Made by a program: the position numbers and the translations under genes
NCBI GenBank assembly: GCA_963811105.1
Contig: CAWEPZ010000011.1
Coordinates: 608,001 to 672,000, forward strand
From: Candidatus Bathyarchaeota archaeon
GTDB taxonomy: Archaea > Thermoproteota > Bathyarchaeia > Bathyarchaeales > Bathycorpusculaceae
Reading direction: 5' to 3'
DNA length: 64,000 nucleotides
The notes under the pieces: model-generated
What the model saw: only the letters and a program-made list of their open reading frames with translations
The model's database searches: none
What the model was told of the DNA's origin: nothing
Part shown: positions 1-11,080 of the stretch, piece by piece
How positions within the stretch are numbered: position 1 is the first letter of the stretch
Layout: each line of letters starts with the position of its first letter

Positions 1-180
1 CGTACGGCTTACTGTAAGCTTCTTTTCATCATTCAAAAGAATACACCTTTTGCTATAGTTTTATTTTGGATTAGGACCAATTTAAAGGTTAAGTTTCAGT
101 ATGATACGTCGTTTGAGAACGTAGTGTTGAGGAAAAGATTGGTCGACTGAAATATCATGAGGTTTTAACCAAAAAGGTCT

Positions 181-590
181 TTGCGCAAAATGAGGGCTTG
201 CTCGATGAGCTTCGCTGGATTCGGCGTCGATTGGAGCGGATTGGAGAGGCTGAGTATTCTGTGGGTGACGTTGAGTGGTTTTGCGGTTCTTGATGAGGTT
301 GATCGGAAGATTGTGCAGATGATTAGGGAAGCTGGAATTCCGGGTGTTTTGCCAAAGGTTGTGGCTGCTGACGTCAACCTGCGAGGCAACTTTGAGTTAA
401 GATATTATGATATGAGTTTGGCGGATTTTGCGCATGAATAAGCGCTTGCACTTTGAAACTGGGAAATGTTTGTTTGAGAAGCGTGGGCATTCGTGGGCTT
501 TGACTATGTTTGCTTTTGAGTCTTATGATAAGCCAATTCAGCCGAAGAATGAAGTTTCTGCTCTGGATCTGAAGAGGTTTTAGTGAATAA
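181..590 (+). pseudogene. Frameshifted fragment of a winged-helix-like hypothetical protein, probably from a mobile element
   Basis: ORF 181-441 (DEVDRKIVQMIREAGIPGVLPK) appears to continue in another frame as MNKRLHFETGKCLFEKRGHSWALT; no clear start. Confidence 0.4.
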
Positions 591-822
591 AAAAGAAAAT
601 TTCTAAGATTTATTGGGTGTTGGATGCTAAAGCTTTGGCTCAATTACTTGGGTACAAAGACTGCAGTACAGAGCCGTCAATGTTTTTGACTGCTTGGAAG
701 ATCCCTTGCTATAAGTTGCATTAGGAAAAGTTCGCTGATGGCATAGTCGTTGTAAGCGTGGAGCCGGGAGTTCCCAAGCTTGAGGAGTGTGTTGATGACG
801 AGGAGGGGGGGTTAGTTCGGGT

Positions 823-1011
823 TTGACTAAGCGTGAGAAGCAAATTTTTGCGCTTAAAAAAGGTGATATGTCGGATTATGAGATTGCCCGAAAGCTAAGG
901 GTTGATGCTGGGAATATTACTCGATCAAGGTTAACTGCCTTGTGCAAGATTGAGTGGGCTCAGGTTGATTTGGAATTTGCTCTCCAGGTAGGCGCGAAGA
1001 TTAAATTTTAA
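823..1011 (+). CDS. Small HTH DNA-binding protein (LuxR/sigma70 region-4-like)
   Basis: LTKREKQIF...MSDYEIARKLRVDAGNITRSR HTH pattern. Confidence 0.6.
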   Translation: MTKREKQIFALKKGDMSDYEIARKLRVDAGNITRSRLTALCKIEWAQVDLEFALQVGAKIKF

Positions 1012-1169
1012 TTCAACCAACCTTTCCCGCTTTCTTTATACTTACTTTTTTAAATACACCCTTAACACGACACTTCACAACGCGCAAAGAGAAAACATGA
1101 AGGGATAGTTGTTTTCCTCGTTTCCTAAAGTGAAGCCAAAAAAACATAGAGCTTTTGGTCAAGTAAATA

Positions 1170-2717
1170 TTAGTTTTTGGGGTTCTGTTTAAAGCCACGA
1201 TTGAAGTAATAGATCATAACTGCAATTACAGCAGCTAACAACATTATGATGACTCCTCCAATAATCAGCGTCGTCTGAGTAAATTCCAGATTAGCGTTTG
1301 GCTGTGTTTGACCAAGATTGAGAATAATCAAGTGTGTGCTGTGATGATACGTAAGGTGGACAATGTAAGAATCCTGCTGAGATGTAACATTGTAGTTTAG
1401 TTGTTTTCCGTCAAGGTACACTTTTAGCATCGAAATATCGTCGATAAGGGATTTTGCAATGTGTGCATCAATGTATCCTGTTGTGCCTTGAGAACCAGTT
1501 ACTGAGAAGCTTAGTTCGTGGCTTGTGGAATTGAAAGACAAGTTCGATACGGTCGAGTTTGATGATACTGAGAAAACGTCTTGAGCATTTTGAACAGTTA
1601 ATGGCATTACTACAAGATTAACTACACTACTGGTACCAGAGTGAGTAGAGTCTCCTTGAAAAGTAGCGTTTATCAGATAATTTCCAGTGACTGAAGGCAA
1701 CCATTCGGCTAAGAAACTTCCGTCTGAACCTGTGTTCACGAGTGTGAGGTCTTGCCAAGAATTTCCACCTGTAACGCTGTAGGAAATTAAGATGGGAGCT
1801 CCTGACATCGCTGCTTCGTTAGCAGATAAATTACCCTTGATTTCGACTTTGAAATCAGTGTAGGAGGTAGAACTTACACATGAAAGAGCGAGGATTGAGG
1901 TGTACAAAGGTGCTGTGGAAGATGAGAAAGTTGTTGCTGACTGGTAGTAAACTCTTCCTTTACCGTATTCATGTGTGAATGCGAACACTAAGCCGTCAGT
2001 CCATCGCGCTATTACTGTTGAGTCGTTACTCACTGAAGTTAACGCGTAACAACTGTAAGCGTCGATATGGTAAAGCTGATTTTGAGTTTGAAGTGAAGTC
2101 CCAAATGGGTTGTTTACTGCAAGATTGGCGCTTCCGCCTGAATTTGCAAATTGAGAACTGCCAAACCAATCCTGCAAAGAAGACAAATTCTCCCCGCCAC
2201 TTTGGTAAGGCCACATATCTTTGCAATAGGTTGAGAAGTAGCAGGGTATGCCGCCGATGATAACGACGTTTCCTCCGTTGGAGAGGTAGTTTCTTACAAG
2301 TTGGTTATGTTTGGGTTCAACAGCAAACCAAGCCTCAAAAATAACAAGGCCGAAGTTTGAAAGATCATTTGGGACATCGCCAGTGCAAGTAACGTTGAAT
2401 CCTTGCTGCTCTAATGTTTTGACGGTCCCAATCTTTATTGCTGAAAGGTATTCTTCACCCCAGTAAGGCCCCCAACTGGCTCCATCTGTGAAGTGATGAG
2501 CATTATAGTTATCTAACCAGTTAATGTACAGAACTGAGGTGCCGTTCTGAGCAGCCCATTTTGCTCCACTGCCAAAAAGTTGTTCGCTAGGAGTTTGTTG
2601 AGGTGCTTGTTGAGATACAGCAGTCTGCATTAAAGCTTGCCCAACAACAACACAAATTAGCAGTATTATAAATGCGAAGATCTGAAAGTTGCAAAGTCGC
2701 ATCTTTGAGGACACCAA
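1170..2717 (-). CDS. Secreted, C-terminally anchored surface protein (possible GATase-I-like domain, Ig-like domain and shared C-terminal module)
   Basis: Signal peptide; YLSNGGNVVIIGG and HEYGKGRVYY motifs; SNSTVSNLSFNS...GTTGY...YHHSTH module; C-terminal TM with basic tail. Confidence 0.8.
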   Translation of the reverse strand: MVSSKMRLCNFQIFAFIILLICVVVGQALMQTAVSQQAPQQTPSEQLFGSGAKWAAQNGTSVLYINWLDNYNAHHFTDGASWGPYWGEEYLSAIKIGTVKTLEQQGFNVTCTGDVPNDLSNFGLVIFEAWFAVEPKHNQLVRNYLSNGGNVVIIGGIPCYFSTYCKDMWPYQSGGENLSSLQDWFGSSQFANSGGSANLAVNNPFGTSLQTQNQLYHIDAYSCYALTSVSNDSTVIARWTDGLVFAFTHEYGKGRVYYQSATTFSSSTAPLYTSILALSCVSSTSYTDFKVEIKGNLSANEAAMSGAPILISYSVTGGNSWQDLTLVNTGSDGSFLAEWLPSVTGNYLINATFQGDSTHSGTSSVVNLVVMPLTVQNAQDVFSVSSNSTVSNLSFNSTSHELSFSVTGSQGTTGYIDAHIAKSLIDDISMLKVYLDGKQLNYNVTSQQDSYIVHLTYHHSTHLIILNLGQTQPNANLEFTQTTLIIGGVIIMLLAAVIAVMIYYFNRGFKQNPKN

Positions 2718-2771
2718 GGGTAGTTATGCCTCTAAGGCTGCTTAAGTTTAGGTTGCGTCAAAAAGGTTCCT

Positions 2772-2811
2772 GTCAACATTTCTTGACTGACCCAAGTCAA
2801 GTTTTCTTGAC
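2772..2811. repeat. Cassette-junction site type A (double palindrome), full copy
   Basis: GTCAA CATTTC TTGAC TGACCCAA GTCAA GTTTTC TTGAC. Confidence 0.85.
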
Positions 2812-3659
2812 TAACTCGCTTTATCACAGTCTGCTTGATTGTGTTTTTCGAACACTATTTTTTCCTTAGTCTCTTAGATACTTAGCAAAATAGAATTCCT
2901 CTTCAATAGTCAAAGTATCAATATTTTGCCTGTTACCATACCTAATTCGTGCAACGTTGATGTTCGGTCAAAAAGCTCCGTTACCTGATTTCTTCCGAGA
3001 CTAAAATTAACGCAAATATTTCTAAATTTCTTAGAAATATTTGCATGTGAGGACGCATAAAAAAGTGGCCAAAACATCAAAAAAACGTGATGTGACAGAC
3101 GTTTGCAAGTCTTTGGGATTAGAAAAAAGCCATCGAAGTATTACAGTTGTGATTGCAAGAAGAAGTTAACAGCTCGCGTGGCAAAAAATTCCGAAAAAAC
3201 AGAAAAGAAGCAGAAGTTGTTCTGCAAGATACAGAGGCTTGCTAAAATATCATAAGGACATTATTAATTAGCTAGCGACAAAATGTCTGCTAAATTCTTC
3301 TGCACGAAATACTAACAAGTTGAACAGGATGACAGACTGACAGGCAGACATTAGCCACTGACGCGGGTGCGTGGAAGAGTAGGAGTAAGTGGGTAATTGA
3401 GTTCAAGAAATAGAGAAAGATTAAATTTTAATCCAACCAACCAATTTTCATATAGAAATGCTCAAAAAAAATAATTTGGCATTGGAAAGCCCATAGAGAT
3501 AAAGAATTGCCAAAAGCTTTTAACTGGACAAGCTAATTTGTGGCCATTAGGCATGTGGAACCAAATGTTGTTGTAAAATAAATATTGCAATTTGGATGGT
3601 ACTTAATTGTCAAAATAAACAAAGAAAAAAGGAAAGTGAATTTTTGTATTTGCTTTTTC

Positions 3660-6272
3660 TTATGGTCGCTTTCTAAGAATCCTAATTATTGCCAAGCCAA
3701 CTATAGCTATTGCAATGATTATAGCGACTGCAGCAAGAACTACATAGGTCATTAAGTCTGATGTTGTAACTACAGCTGAAGGCGTAGTTAGCATTGCTGT
3801 TGGTGTTGGTGCTGTGCTTACGGCTATTCCTGTTGCTGCTGATGAGCTGCCATATGAGTCGTCTCCTGCGAATGAAGCGGTGATGGTGTATGTGTCCTCT
3901 TTTGGCGGAGTCCATTTGTAAGTGAAAGTACCGTAGTACCCATTCGTCGTGACAGAGCCTATGTTGGTTACGGTTCCATCTGACCCTATTGCGGTTAGGG
4001 TGACTTGGACTCCAGTAATGGTGGCGTTGTGAGAGATTCCGTCAATGGGAAGTTGCATGTATAGATATTCCATTTGCGTTTCCATTGAGGTGTCAGAAAC
4101 GCAGGGTACAGTGCCTGGTTTGGTTGGTGAATTAAGCGGTGCTGTTGGATTTGTTACGCTTCCTTGGTCACCTGGCGACGTGTCCATAACTGTTCCGCGA
4201 ATGGTGACTGCAGTGCCTAGTGGCACCGCGGTATCGGGGGCTGTCACTGTTGTTGTACTTTGTCCTTTGCCGAAGAAGTACATGTATCCGTCATAACCGT
4301 TAGTCGCCTCGAGGTAACCGTCGGCGATTGAGCCTGGATTCATAGGACCTGTGATGTTCCATATGTTTGTGCCTGTTGTTATGTTGATGCAGAATATCTT
4401 CCAGCCTCTTGTTATGGGTGAGCTAGGTGAATGTTCAGTGTTATATGCGTAGAGCTTTCCATCTGCAATGATGCTAACACCGGTAAACCATGGATAGTTG
4501 CCTTCATAGGGGGTTTCATATGCAAACAGCGCTGGAGCTTTGAAAATCCAGACTAATTTTCCGTTGGTCCAGTTGTAAGCAGCGACTCCATCGTATTGAT
4601 TTGAAATTATCATGCCGCCATATGATTGTACACCGTAGCATCCGAAAGTGCCCCATGGCCAGCTTGACAATTCACTTGTCCATAGCGTTGCTCCAGTTTG
4701 AAGATCCCAGCAATGCCAATGACCATCGTTCAAACGTACAGCGTATTTTCCTTGATCAGCGACTGCCGTGCTGCCACTGAAAGCACCTTGAGTACCTACG
4801 GTTGAGTCGGTGGTGATATTCCAGAGCACTTGACCTGTTGTTACGCTAGCAGCCATAATGCGCTGACCATATGCCACTCCTGCACCAGTGGGAGTTATTC
4901 CTGAAGTACTAACAGCTATACCAGATTCATAATCAACGGTTCCCAATGAACTGAATGGAAAACTTATGTTGCCTGCCACAGCTAACGCATAATTAGCGAA
5001 ATTTAAGCCTGAAACGCTTCCGAGAATAGTCCAGTTAATCAAGCGGTAATTTGGATTTGAAGTAGTGCCTATGCTCTGTACGCTCAAGAAGTAAGGATCC
5101 ATATAGAAAGTGCCAGTTGTCAAAGGAGCAATTGAAACATTCACCGTTGGAGCGCCAGTGTAAGGATCATATCTTATGTACCTTCCACCGCCTACGTAAA
5201 CAAGTTCTGCCAAATTGCCCCGAACTACCGATTCCGAACCAGGTACGTTTGCTTGTTGCTGCAATTTATACGTGATAAATGTAGGTACCTGAACACCCGT
5301 CTTTTCCCAGTATATTTGCCCGGTCTGTAAATCATAGCATTGCCAAACGCTTTGAGTTTGCCCATCAATAACTTTTGTGACAGTCTGATAGCATCTTCCG
5401 TCATAGATTATGTTTGGATCAGTTCCTGAAACTGGTTGGTAGGTTTGTCCCCAAACGCCTCCTACAATGCCTCCGATTGCGTCTTGACGCCTCCATAGAA
5501 TGTGAGCACTGGTTGGTCCTTGGACATATGGAGTGAAGAGATAGTTGCTCATGTAGGTGTTTGTGTCTGCTGGCCAACCTGGTCCTCCTCCGACTATGCC
5601 AGTGGCTGGATAGTTACCAAGTATTGGCCACCATTCTCTGTTCTCTGGGGAAACTGGTCTTGTCCAGTAGTCCGTTGGAAGAGGTGAACCTGGCCAAGAT
5701 GCTACTAAATCTTGTTGCACTACGAAAGTGTAGGGTCCATCAGAGCTGGGCTTGTAGTAAACTGATTTAGAAAAGCTTGTGGTGGTAGTTTGGGAGGCTG
5801 TTCCTGACAGGTCACTTACTGTGTTACTGTAGTTGCCTGGGGGGAAGTAGGTGCCAAGGAAGTCAAATTTTACTGTCCAATTGCCAAGTTGATCGACTGT
5901 GTATTCGAACCATGCTGATGTATCTCCATGGAATGAATCTAAAGGACCGACAGTTGATGTTGTTCCATCTGGCTTTGTAAAAGTTACTAAGAATGCTGCT
6001 TTGTAGTATCGGACGACGTTTATTGGCGGTTGCATCCACAAATTAATTAGCAAAGGTTGGCCGAGACCAATTGGATTTGGTCTGAAACTCAAATGTGCGA
6101 CGGTCGTATATGATTCGTCAGGGGTAACGTTTGCCGGTACTGCTATTGAACCGCTATCTTGCATATTTGTATACTGACCGTTGGCTGGCATTTCCATGAG
6201 CATCGTGGAAGTCATTAATAGAATTGCAACGATTGCCAAAGCTATTTTCCGTTTACTAAAAGTATTTTTCAA
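3660..6272 (-). CDS. PQQ-binding-like beta-propeller surface protein (paralog 1)
   Basis: 870 aa; signal peptide; repeated W-x-x-D-L-x-T-G-x-x-x-W blades; PLPTDYWTRPV and PGTVPCVS..SM motifs; C-terminal TM plus RKRP. Confidence 0.85.
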   Translation of the reverse strand: MKNTFSKRKIALAIVAILLMTSTMLMEMPANGQYTNMQDSGSIAVPANVTPDESYTTVAHLSFRPNPIGLGQPLLINLWMQPPINVVRYYKAAFLVTFTKPDGTTSTVGPLDSFHGDTSAWFEYTVDQLGNWTVKFDFLGTYFPPGNYSNTVSDLSGTASQTTTTSFSKSVYYKPSSDGPYTFVVQQDLVASWPGSPLPTDYWTRPVSPENREWWPILGNYPATGIVGGGPGWPADTNTYMSNYLFTPYVQGPTSAHILWRRQDAIGGIVGGVWGQTYQPVSGTDPNIIYDGRCYQTVTKVIDGQTQSVWQCYDLQTGQIYWEKTGVQVPTFITYKLQQQANVPGSESVVRGNLAELVYVGGGRYIRYDPYTGAPTVNVSIAPLTTGTFYMDPYFLSVQSIGTTSNPNYRLINWTILGSVSGLNFANYALAVAGNISFPFSSLGTVDYESGIAVSTSGITPTGAGVAYGQRIMAASVTTGQVLWNITTDSTVGTQGAFSGSTAVADQGKYAVRLNDGHWHCWDLQTGATLWTSELSSWPWGTFGCYGVQSYGGMIISNQYDGVAAYNWTNGKLVWIFKAPALFAYETPYEGNYPWFTGVSIIADGKLYAYNTEHSPSSPITRGWKIFCINITTGTNIWNITGPMNPGSIADGYLEATNGYDGYMYFFGKGQSTTTVTAPDTAVPLGTAVTIRGTVMDTSPGDQGSVTNPTAPLNSPTKPGTVPCVSDTSMETQMEYLYMQLPIDGISHNATITGVQVTLTAIGSDGTVTNIGSVTTNGYYGTFTYKWTPPKEDTYTITASFAGDDSYGSSSAATGIAVSTAPTPTAMLTTPSAVVTTSDLMTYVVLAAVAIIIAIAIVGLAIIRILRKRP

Positions 6273-6749
6273 GTTTTTTCTCCTCTAGTTTTTTCAAGCG
6301 ATTGCTATTCATTTTTTGGTATTTAACACTTGTCAGTGTACTCCATAGACAGAAAGCTATTAGTCAACTGGAGAAAATCATTCTTACTCGCTAATAGCGG
6401 AGGGTCAAACGAAAGGCAAGATGAGCGCCGCGACAAAGAGAGAGCCGCCCAGAACAGGCTGAAACAGGAAAATCAGCTTCATGCCTATTTTGATATACAA
6501 ACAATTTCTTGTCCTTTTCTGAGAAACATTCCTTGCTGGATATGCAATTGCCAAGAGGGAGCGCTGTACATTTTCTGTATTTGCAGTAAACAGAGCATAG
6601 CTGAAGACTTCTTTTTATGCTCAGTGCGTTAAATATGGTTACATTTTGGACTTTTGGTGTCCATAATTACGGTGGGCGATAGAAGTTTATGGAGGCTGGA
6701 ACAGCAGAAGAGGTAACGATTATGCAAGGAATCAACTAACTTACGTCTC

Positions 6750-6903
6750 AATCTGAAAACCACTTGTTACGACAAAAGCCAAGGGAATGGGATTAGACTT
6801 TGCCATATGCAAGCGCATCGTTGAGGCACATATGGGAAGTATTTATGTGGAAAGCGAAGTTGGCAAAGGAACAATTATCAAAGTAAAGCTACCGGTCAAA
6901 TAG
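6750..6903 (+). pseudogene. Histidine kinase ATPase-domain C-terminal remnant
   Basis: Translates TTKAKGMGLDFAICKRIVEAHMGSIYVESEVGKGTIIKVKLP (G2 box); no intact upstream ORF. Confidence 0.75.
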
Positions 6904-6993
6904 CTATTGCATTTTCATCTACCTATCCACTGCTCAAATGAGTAGTTTGTTCGGTTTCTTTTTAAGCAATCTAAACCATAAGCGGGAGCCTAC

Positions 6994-7371
6994 GTGACTG
7001 GTTATGATGAAGACAACAGATTCTTTGGAGGCTTAGCTGGGTTGGGTAAGACTGTTCCTTCGTATCGGATGGCTTTGGAGTTTGAGATTCGTAGGTGGAA
7101 AGGATTTAGAAATGCTTTGCCAAACGAGAAGGCACGAGTTGCCTTTGATGAGCTGATGGATATGTGCAGGGATAATGGGATGGCAAGCGGGGAAGCGTGT
7201 AACCCAATACTCTTTGAGCTTATCGTTATGTCTATTCTGTTGGCTCAACAAAAGAAATTGCGTGAACTCGAGCACAAACTAAACGATGTGCTTTTGCAAA
7301 AAATAAGCACACAACCTCATCGGAGAGTAAAAGCAAACAATAAAGTCCACGCTACAACTGAAACAAAATGA
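6994..7371 (+). CDS. Small alpha-helical conserved archaeal protein (resembles the PolB2-operon accessory family)
   Basis: GKTVPSYRMALEFEIRRWKGFRNAL...AFDELMDMCR...NPILFE..MSILL; true start probably near 7042; paralog of 11081-11443. Confidence 0.6.
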   Translation: MTGYDEDNRFFGGLAGLGKTVPSYRMALEFEIRRWKGFRNALPNEKARVAFDELMDMCRDNGMASGEACNPILFELIVMSILLAQQKKLRELEHKLNDVLLQKISTQPHRRVKANNKVHATTETK

Positions 7372-7654
7372 AGATGATGAAAAATGTTCTGTAAAGTCTT
7401 CGTCTGTTTGTTTTTCCCCTCAAAAATCGTCTAGCTTAAGACTAAACAGTTGTAGTCTCATTTTGTACCAACAAACCTTCATAATAGCTTTTTATATTTC
7501 TTAATGAAGATGGAAGTCAATACTGTTTGGCTAAATGTCCTAAATGTGGCAAAGAAGTTTCCAAACCTGACAAATCTTTAAAAAACAGCGTTTTCCACAT
7601 TGAAGCCTACACATGCAGGAACTGTTGCACCCACTTCAAAGTATCAGAATAACG

Positions 7655-7915
7655 TTAGGGATTGTAAATAATTAAGTAATTTTTGTTCACTTCTATTGAA
7701 AACCTATTCTTGAGAAATAAACCGATTTCTCGAAGGCTATAATTGCCTCTGATTTTAAGTTGAAATTTTTCAGGATTTCTTTGTTCAAGAATAACAAAGC
7801 TCAGGTCAACAAGTTGGCTAGCGCCTAATTCACTTAACAGCGCAATCGCTTCTTTCCTATTCATGTGTTCCCTCTCAAACCACTGTGAACGTACGATTCT
7901 AATAACACTTTGCAT
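7655..7915 (-). CDS. Small hypothetical protein
   Basis: ORF with a plausible ATG start at MNRKEAIALL (~7864). Confidence 0.5.
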   Translation of the reverse strand: MQSVIRIVRSQWFEREHMNRKEAIALLSELGASQLVDLSFVILEQRNPEKFQLKIRGNYSLREIGLFLKNRFSIEVNKNYLIIYNP

Positions 7916-8461
7916 TCAATCGCTTATTTCTCTAGCGAAGGTCTATCAAGGAGAGTGTGGCAGTCACCGGAGAAAACGAGAAGGGTGTGTTTGAAGCGTT
8001 AGACTTTCCCTACCCATTGCCTACTGAGCGGGAGATAATTGACGGCAAACCGATTGGCTACTGCCAGAAAAACTGTATACAAACTTGAAAAGAAACTACG
8101 TGGGTGCGAAGTGAGCTAAAGAGTTTGCGCCCTACAACAGAGAGGGTCTTTGCTTTCTTGCTCCATCAAACCTTCTGCAGTTCTTCTTATCAGAAATAGA
8201 CATAGATTGAAAAAACAAAATTAGAGCAAATAGGAAATAAAAAGGAAATCTATATTTTAAAAGGCTTTCTGGGTTCGAACTGATTGCTATTTTAGTTGCG
8301 GTTAATTAGTGAATTGAGAATAGAGCACGGGCCTGTAATGTGTTTTTTTTTAGGCTGCCTTTTCCCTATCAGCTTCTTGTATGACCGAAATAATGCCTTA
8401 AAGCCATCCATTTGACACAATTTTTATATTAAACCAACGATAAACCTCAACAGGGAGCAAA

Positions 8462-9334
8462 ACGAGCACTGAAAGTTATCGCTTCAAAGTAGGGAATTTT
8501 GAATGCTTGGCTGTCAGCGACGGCACCTTCACATACGCACCCCCCACTTTCCCGCCCCCTGCTACCTTTCTTTTCGCCAATGCACCAAAAGAACGTCTCA
8601 CCCAAAAACTTCTTGAACACAACCTCCAGCAAAAACAGTGGGTAGAGTGGATAAGTCCGTACATCTGTCTGGTGATAAACACGGGTGAACATTGCGTGCT
8701 GGTAGATACAGGTGCAGGTGGTCTTGGCCAAAACACTGGAAAACTTCTTCAAAACCTGCACTTGAATGGGATTTCACCAGGGAAAATTGACACAGTTATC
8801 CTCACGCATGGACATCCAGACCACATCGGCGGGAACACCAATAATGAAGGAAAACTAATCTTCCCCAACGCTCGCTTCGTTATGTGGAAAGGTGAATGGG
8901 ATTTCTGGAGCTCGGAACGGGCGAAACTGGAGCTTAATGAACAAGGAAAAGAAATCCTCCTCGCCTTCGCGCGCAAGAACCTGCCTCCGCTCCAGAGTCA
9001 GCTCGACCTCGTTGACCATGAAACGGAAATCATGCCTGGTATCCGAGCTGTTGCAGCGCCTGGTCACACTTTTGGTCACATGGCGCTGGCCATTTCCTCG
9101 GAGAGTGAAAAATTGCTTGTGTTTTCCGATGCGTTTCTTCATCCCCTTCATATAGAGCAGCCTCACTGGCATGCTACCGTCGACTTTGATCCTCAGCAGG
9201 TTATGGCCACGAGGCGTCGACTTCTCAACTTGGCCGCAATCGATAAGACCTTAGTGCTTGCCTTTCACTTTCCCTTCCCAGGCTTAGGCCATATTGTCAG
9301 GAAAGGAGAGCAATGGCGATGGCAACCAATCTAA
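8462..9334 (+). CDS. MBL-fold metallo-hydrolase (organophosphate hydrolase/AHL-lactonase-like)
   Basis: LVDTGAG, THGHPDHIGG (HxHxDH), PGHTFGH and FHFPFPGLG motifs; frame is open back to an ACG at 8462 after GGGAG. Confidence 0.9.
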   Translation, partial: TSTESYRFKVGNFECLAVSDGTFTYAPPTFPPPATFLFANAPKERLTQKLLEHNLQQKQWVEWISPYICLVINTGEHCVLVDTGAGGLGQNTGKLLQNLHLNGISPGKIDTVILTHGHPDHIGGNTNNEGKLIFPNARFVMWKGEWDFWSSERAKLELNEQGKEILLAFARKNLPPLQSQLDLVDHETEIMPGIRAVAAPGHTFGHMALAISSESEKLLVFSDAFLHPLHIEQPHWHATVDFDPQQVMATRRRLLNLAAIDKTLVLAFHFPFPGLGHIVRKGEQWRWQPI

Positions 9335-9471
9335 ATGATGGATTAGGCTCTGGCCTCAATCTTGAATTCACTCGGGCTGCCTTGCCCCGAAATTATGTGT
9401 TGAAGTAGGTTGGTGAGACACGCTAGTTAGCCTGAAGCATACTACCTTTTCTTCTAGCTATTTCCTTTTGA

Positions 9472-9617
9472 TCTTAATTCTGTACGAATGAAAACATCTC
9501 GCTTAGGATTAGTAGATGATGATCGGAGTGAAAAAAACAACCGATCATCACCTACCCTCACTAAGTTAGTTTTGCCAATTGAGTCCTGCAGACGAAGGTC
9601 TACTTACTATGGAAGAA
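9472..9617 (+). repeat. Decayed provirus-gene remnant, copy 1 (homologous to 34600-34810 and 42832-43250)
   Basis: Shared text cgcttaggmttagt..gatgat..gagtgaaaaaa...aagttagttttgcc. Confidence 0.75.
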
Positions 9618-10320
9618 AAAATTATCTAACTTGAGCAATATTGCTTAAGTAAAGCAACTTGAATTAAAAGCGTTAATATGCGTATGTTATGGAGAAAAGG
9701 CCTGCTGACATTATTACTGAAGCCCGAAAACTGGACAGGATGAGAATGGAGCAGGCGGTACTTGGATCAATTGGCTTTGGTAAAAAAGACATCAACCGCT
9801 TCTATGAAAACCTATCACCCTTTCCGACCTCAGCGCTTCAAGAGCTACGAGCGTGAAGAAAGAAACCATCTAAATGGAATCGAAATGCTTTATAAAAGAT
9901 GACCTGAATAGAGTGAGATAATAGGCGGGTTTATTGAAGGGGTTTGCTGTTTTTTCTATGTAGTTTTTGATTTCTTGTAGTATGCAGGAGTGTAGGTTGG
10001 GAGTTGGATTTTGAATTTTCTGTTTTGGAACTGCGTATCATTCCGCAGCAAGGTGACTCAATCTATCGGCGAGATGGATTCGCAATAACCTATGCATGCA
10101 CTTGACTGCCATGCAGCCCTAAAGCAGCAAGTTAGGGATCCTAACATTGACGTCCTAGATTTCGCCAGTTGAATCTCAGTCTAGGCAATCCCCAAACTTG
10201 ACTGTTAAGACATTTGGAACATACGATTTTCTTATACATATTCGACAAGAAATTGTCTTTTTCGGCACGTAACCCTTTTATCGATCAATGGTAACCCTCG
10301 TCTTAAAAGTGGCCGTTCAA

Positions 10321-10467
10321 ATGGTCAAATGCCCTAGATGCCGAAAAGAATTCGCTAAATTAAAAAGTAGACATGAAAGCGACTATTTCTCATTGAAATA
10401 TTACTCTTGTGATAAATGCAGGCACATTTTCAAAGTAGCCCGCGTTAAATATCCAACCAGTCTATAA
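10321..10467 (+). CDS. 48-aa zinc-ribbon microprotein
   Basis: MVKCPRCRKE...YYSCDKCRHIFKV, two CxxC; below the ORF-track length cutoff. Confidence 0.55.
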   Translation: MVKCPRCRKEFAKLKSRHESDYFSLKYYSCDKCRHIFKVARVKYPTSL

Positions 10468-11080
10468 AGAGCAGCTCAGTCTAAGTTGTAGAACAACGTG
10501 ATAACAAAAGACGCAATAAAGTTTTTATTTTCAAATGAAGATATTTGTTATAGCCATGAAGAACCAAAAGAAGAACCGTAAAGAAAGACGCAAAGAAATT
10601 CTGGCCGAAATTCTGAATCCACGAAGTCTTTAGCGGCTAATAAAATATTAACTTCTTCAAAGAAGAGCAAGCCTTAAGGTTCTGGCAAAGGCTGTAGATA
10701 GTAGATTTGCTAAATCTCGTTACAGAATACCGCAAAATCGCTCGGTATTACGCTGCTTAATTCAGACAGCTCATTTCTCTTATTACTATTCGCTACAAGG
10801 GAAATATTGTCCATCTACAATTCAATCTAAAAAAATTGTCAATTATTACGTACTTGACCGTCGCACAAAAACATTCAGAGCTCAGGCCAACTTTATTGAT
10901 TGTTTTCTGCGCCTTTTAGAATTCTATTCACGGAATCCTTAGGCTTTACTTTCAGCATACCCTCCACTGCTTGGTAATGTCTTTTTTGAATTCGCTTTAT
11001 ATGCTGTTTTTGCTGATGCTTGTGCCGCACGGGATTAGCTATGATTAAGGTTTTCAGATTGTTTGGAGGCGTAGAAGGTT

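Noticed and set aside
3000-3400. Possible transposase or zinc-ribbon remnant
   Set aside because: No continuous frame, catalytic motif or terminal repeats could be supported.
10556-10633. 25-aa basic peptide MKNQKKNRKERRKEILAEILNPRSL
   Set aside because: A plausible microprotein, but too short to support without homology or expression data.
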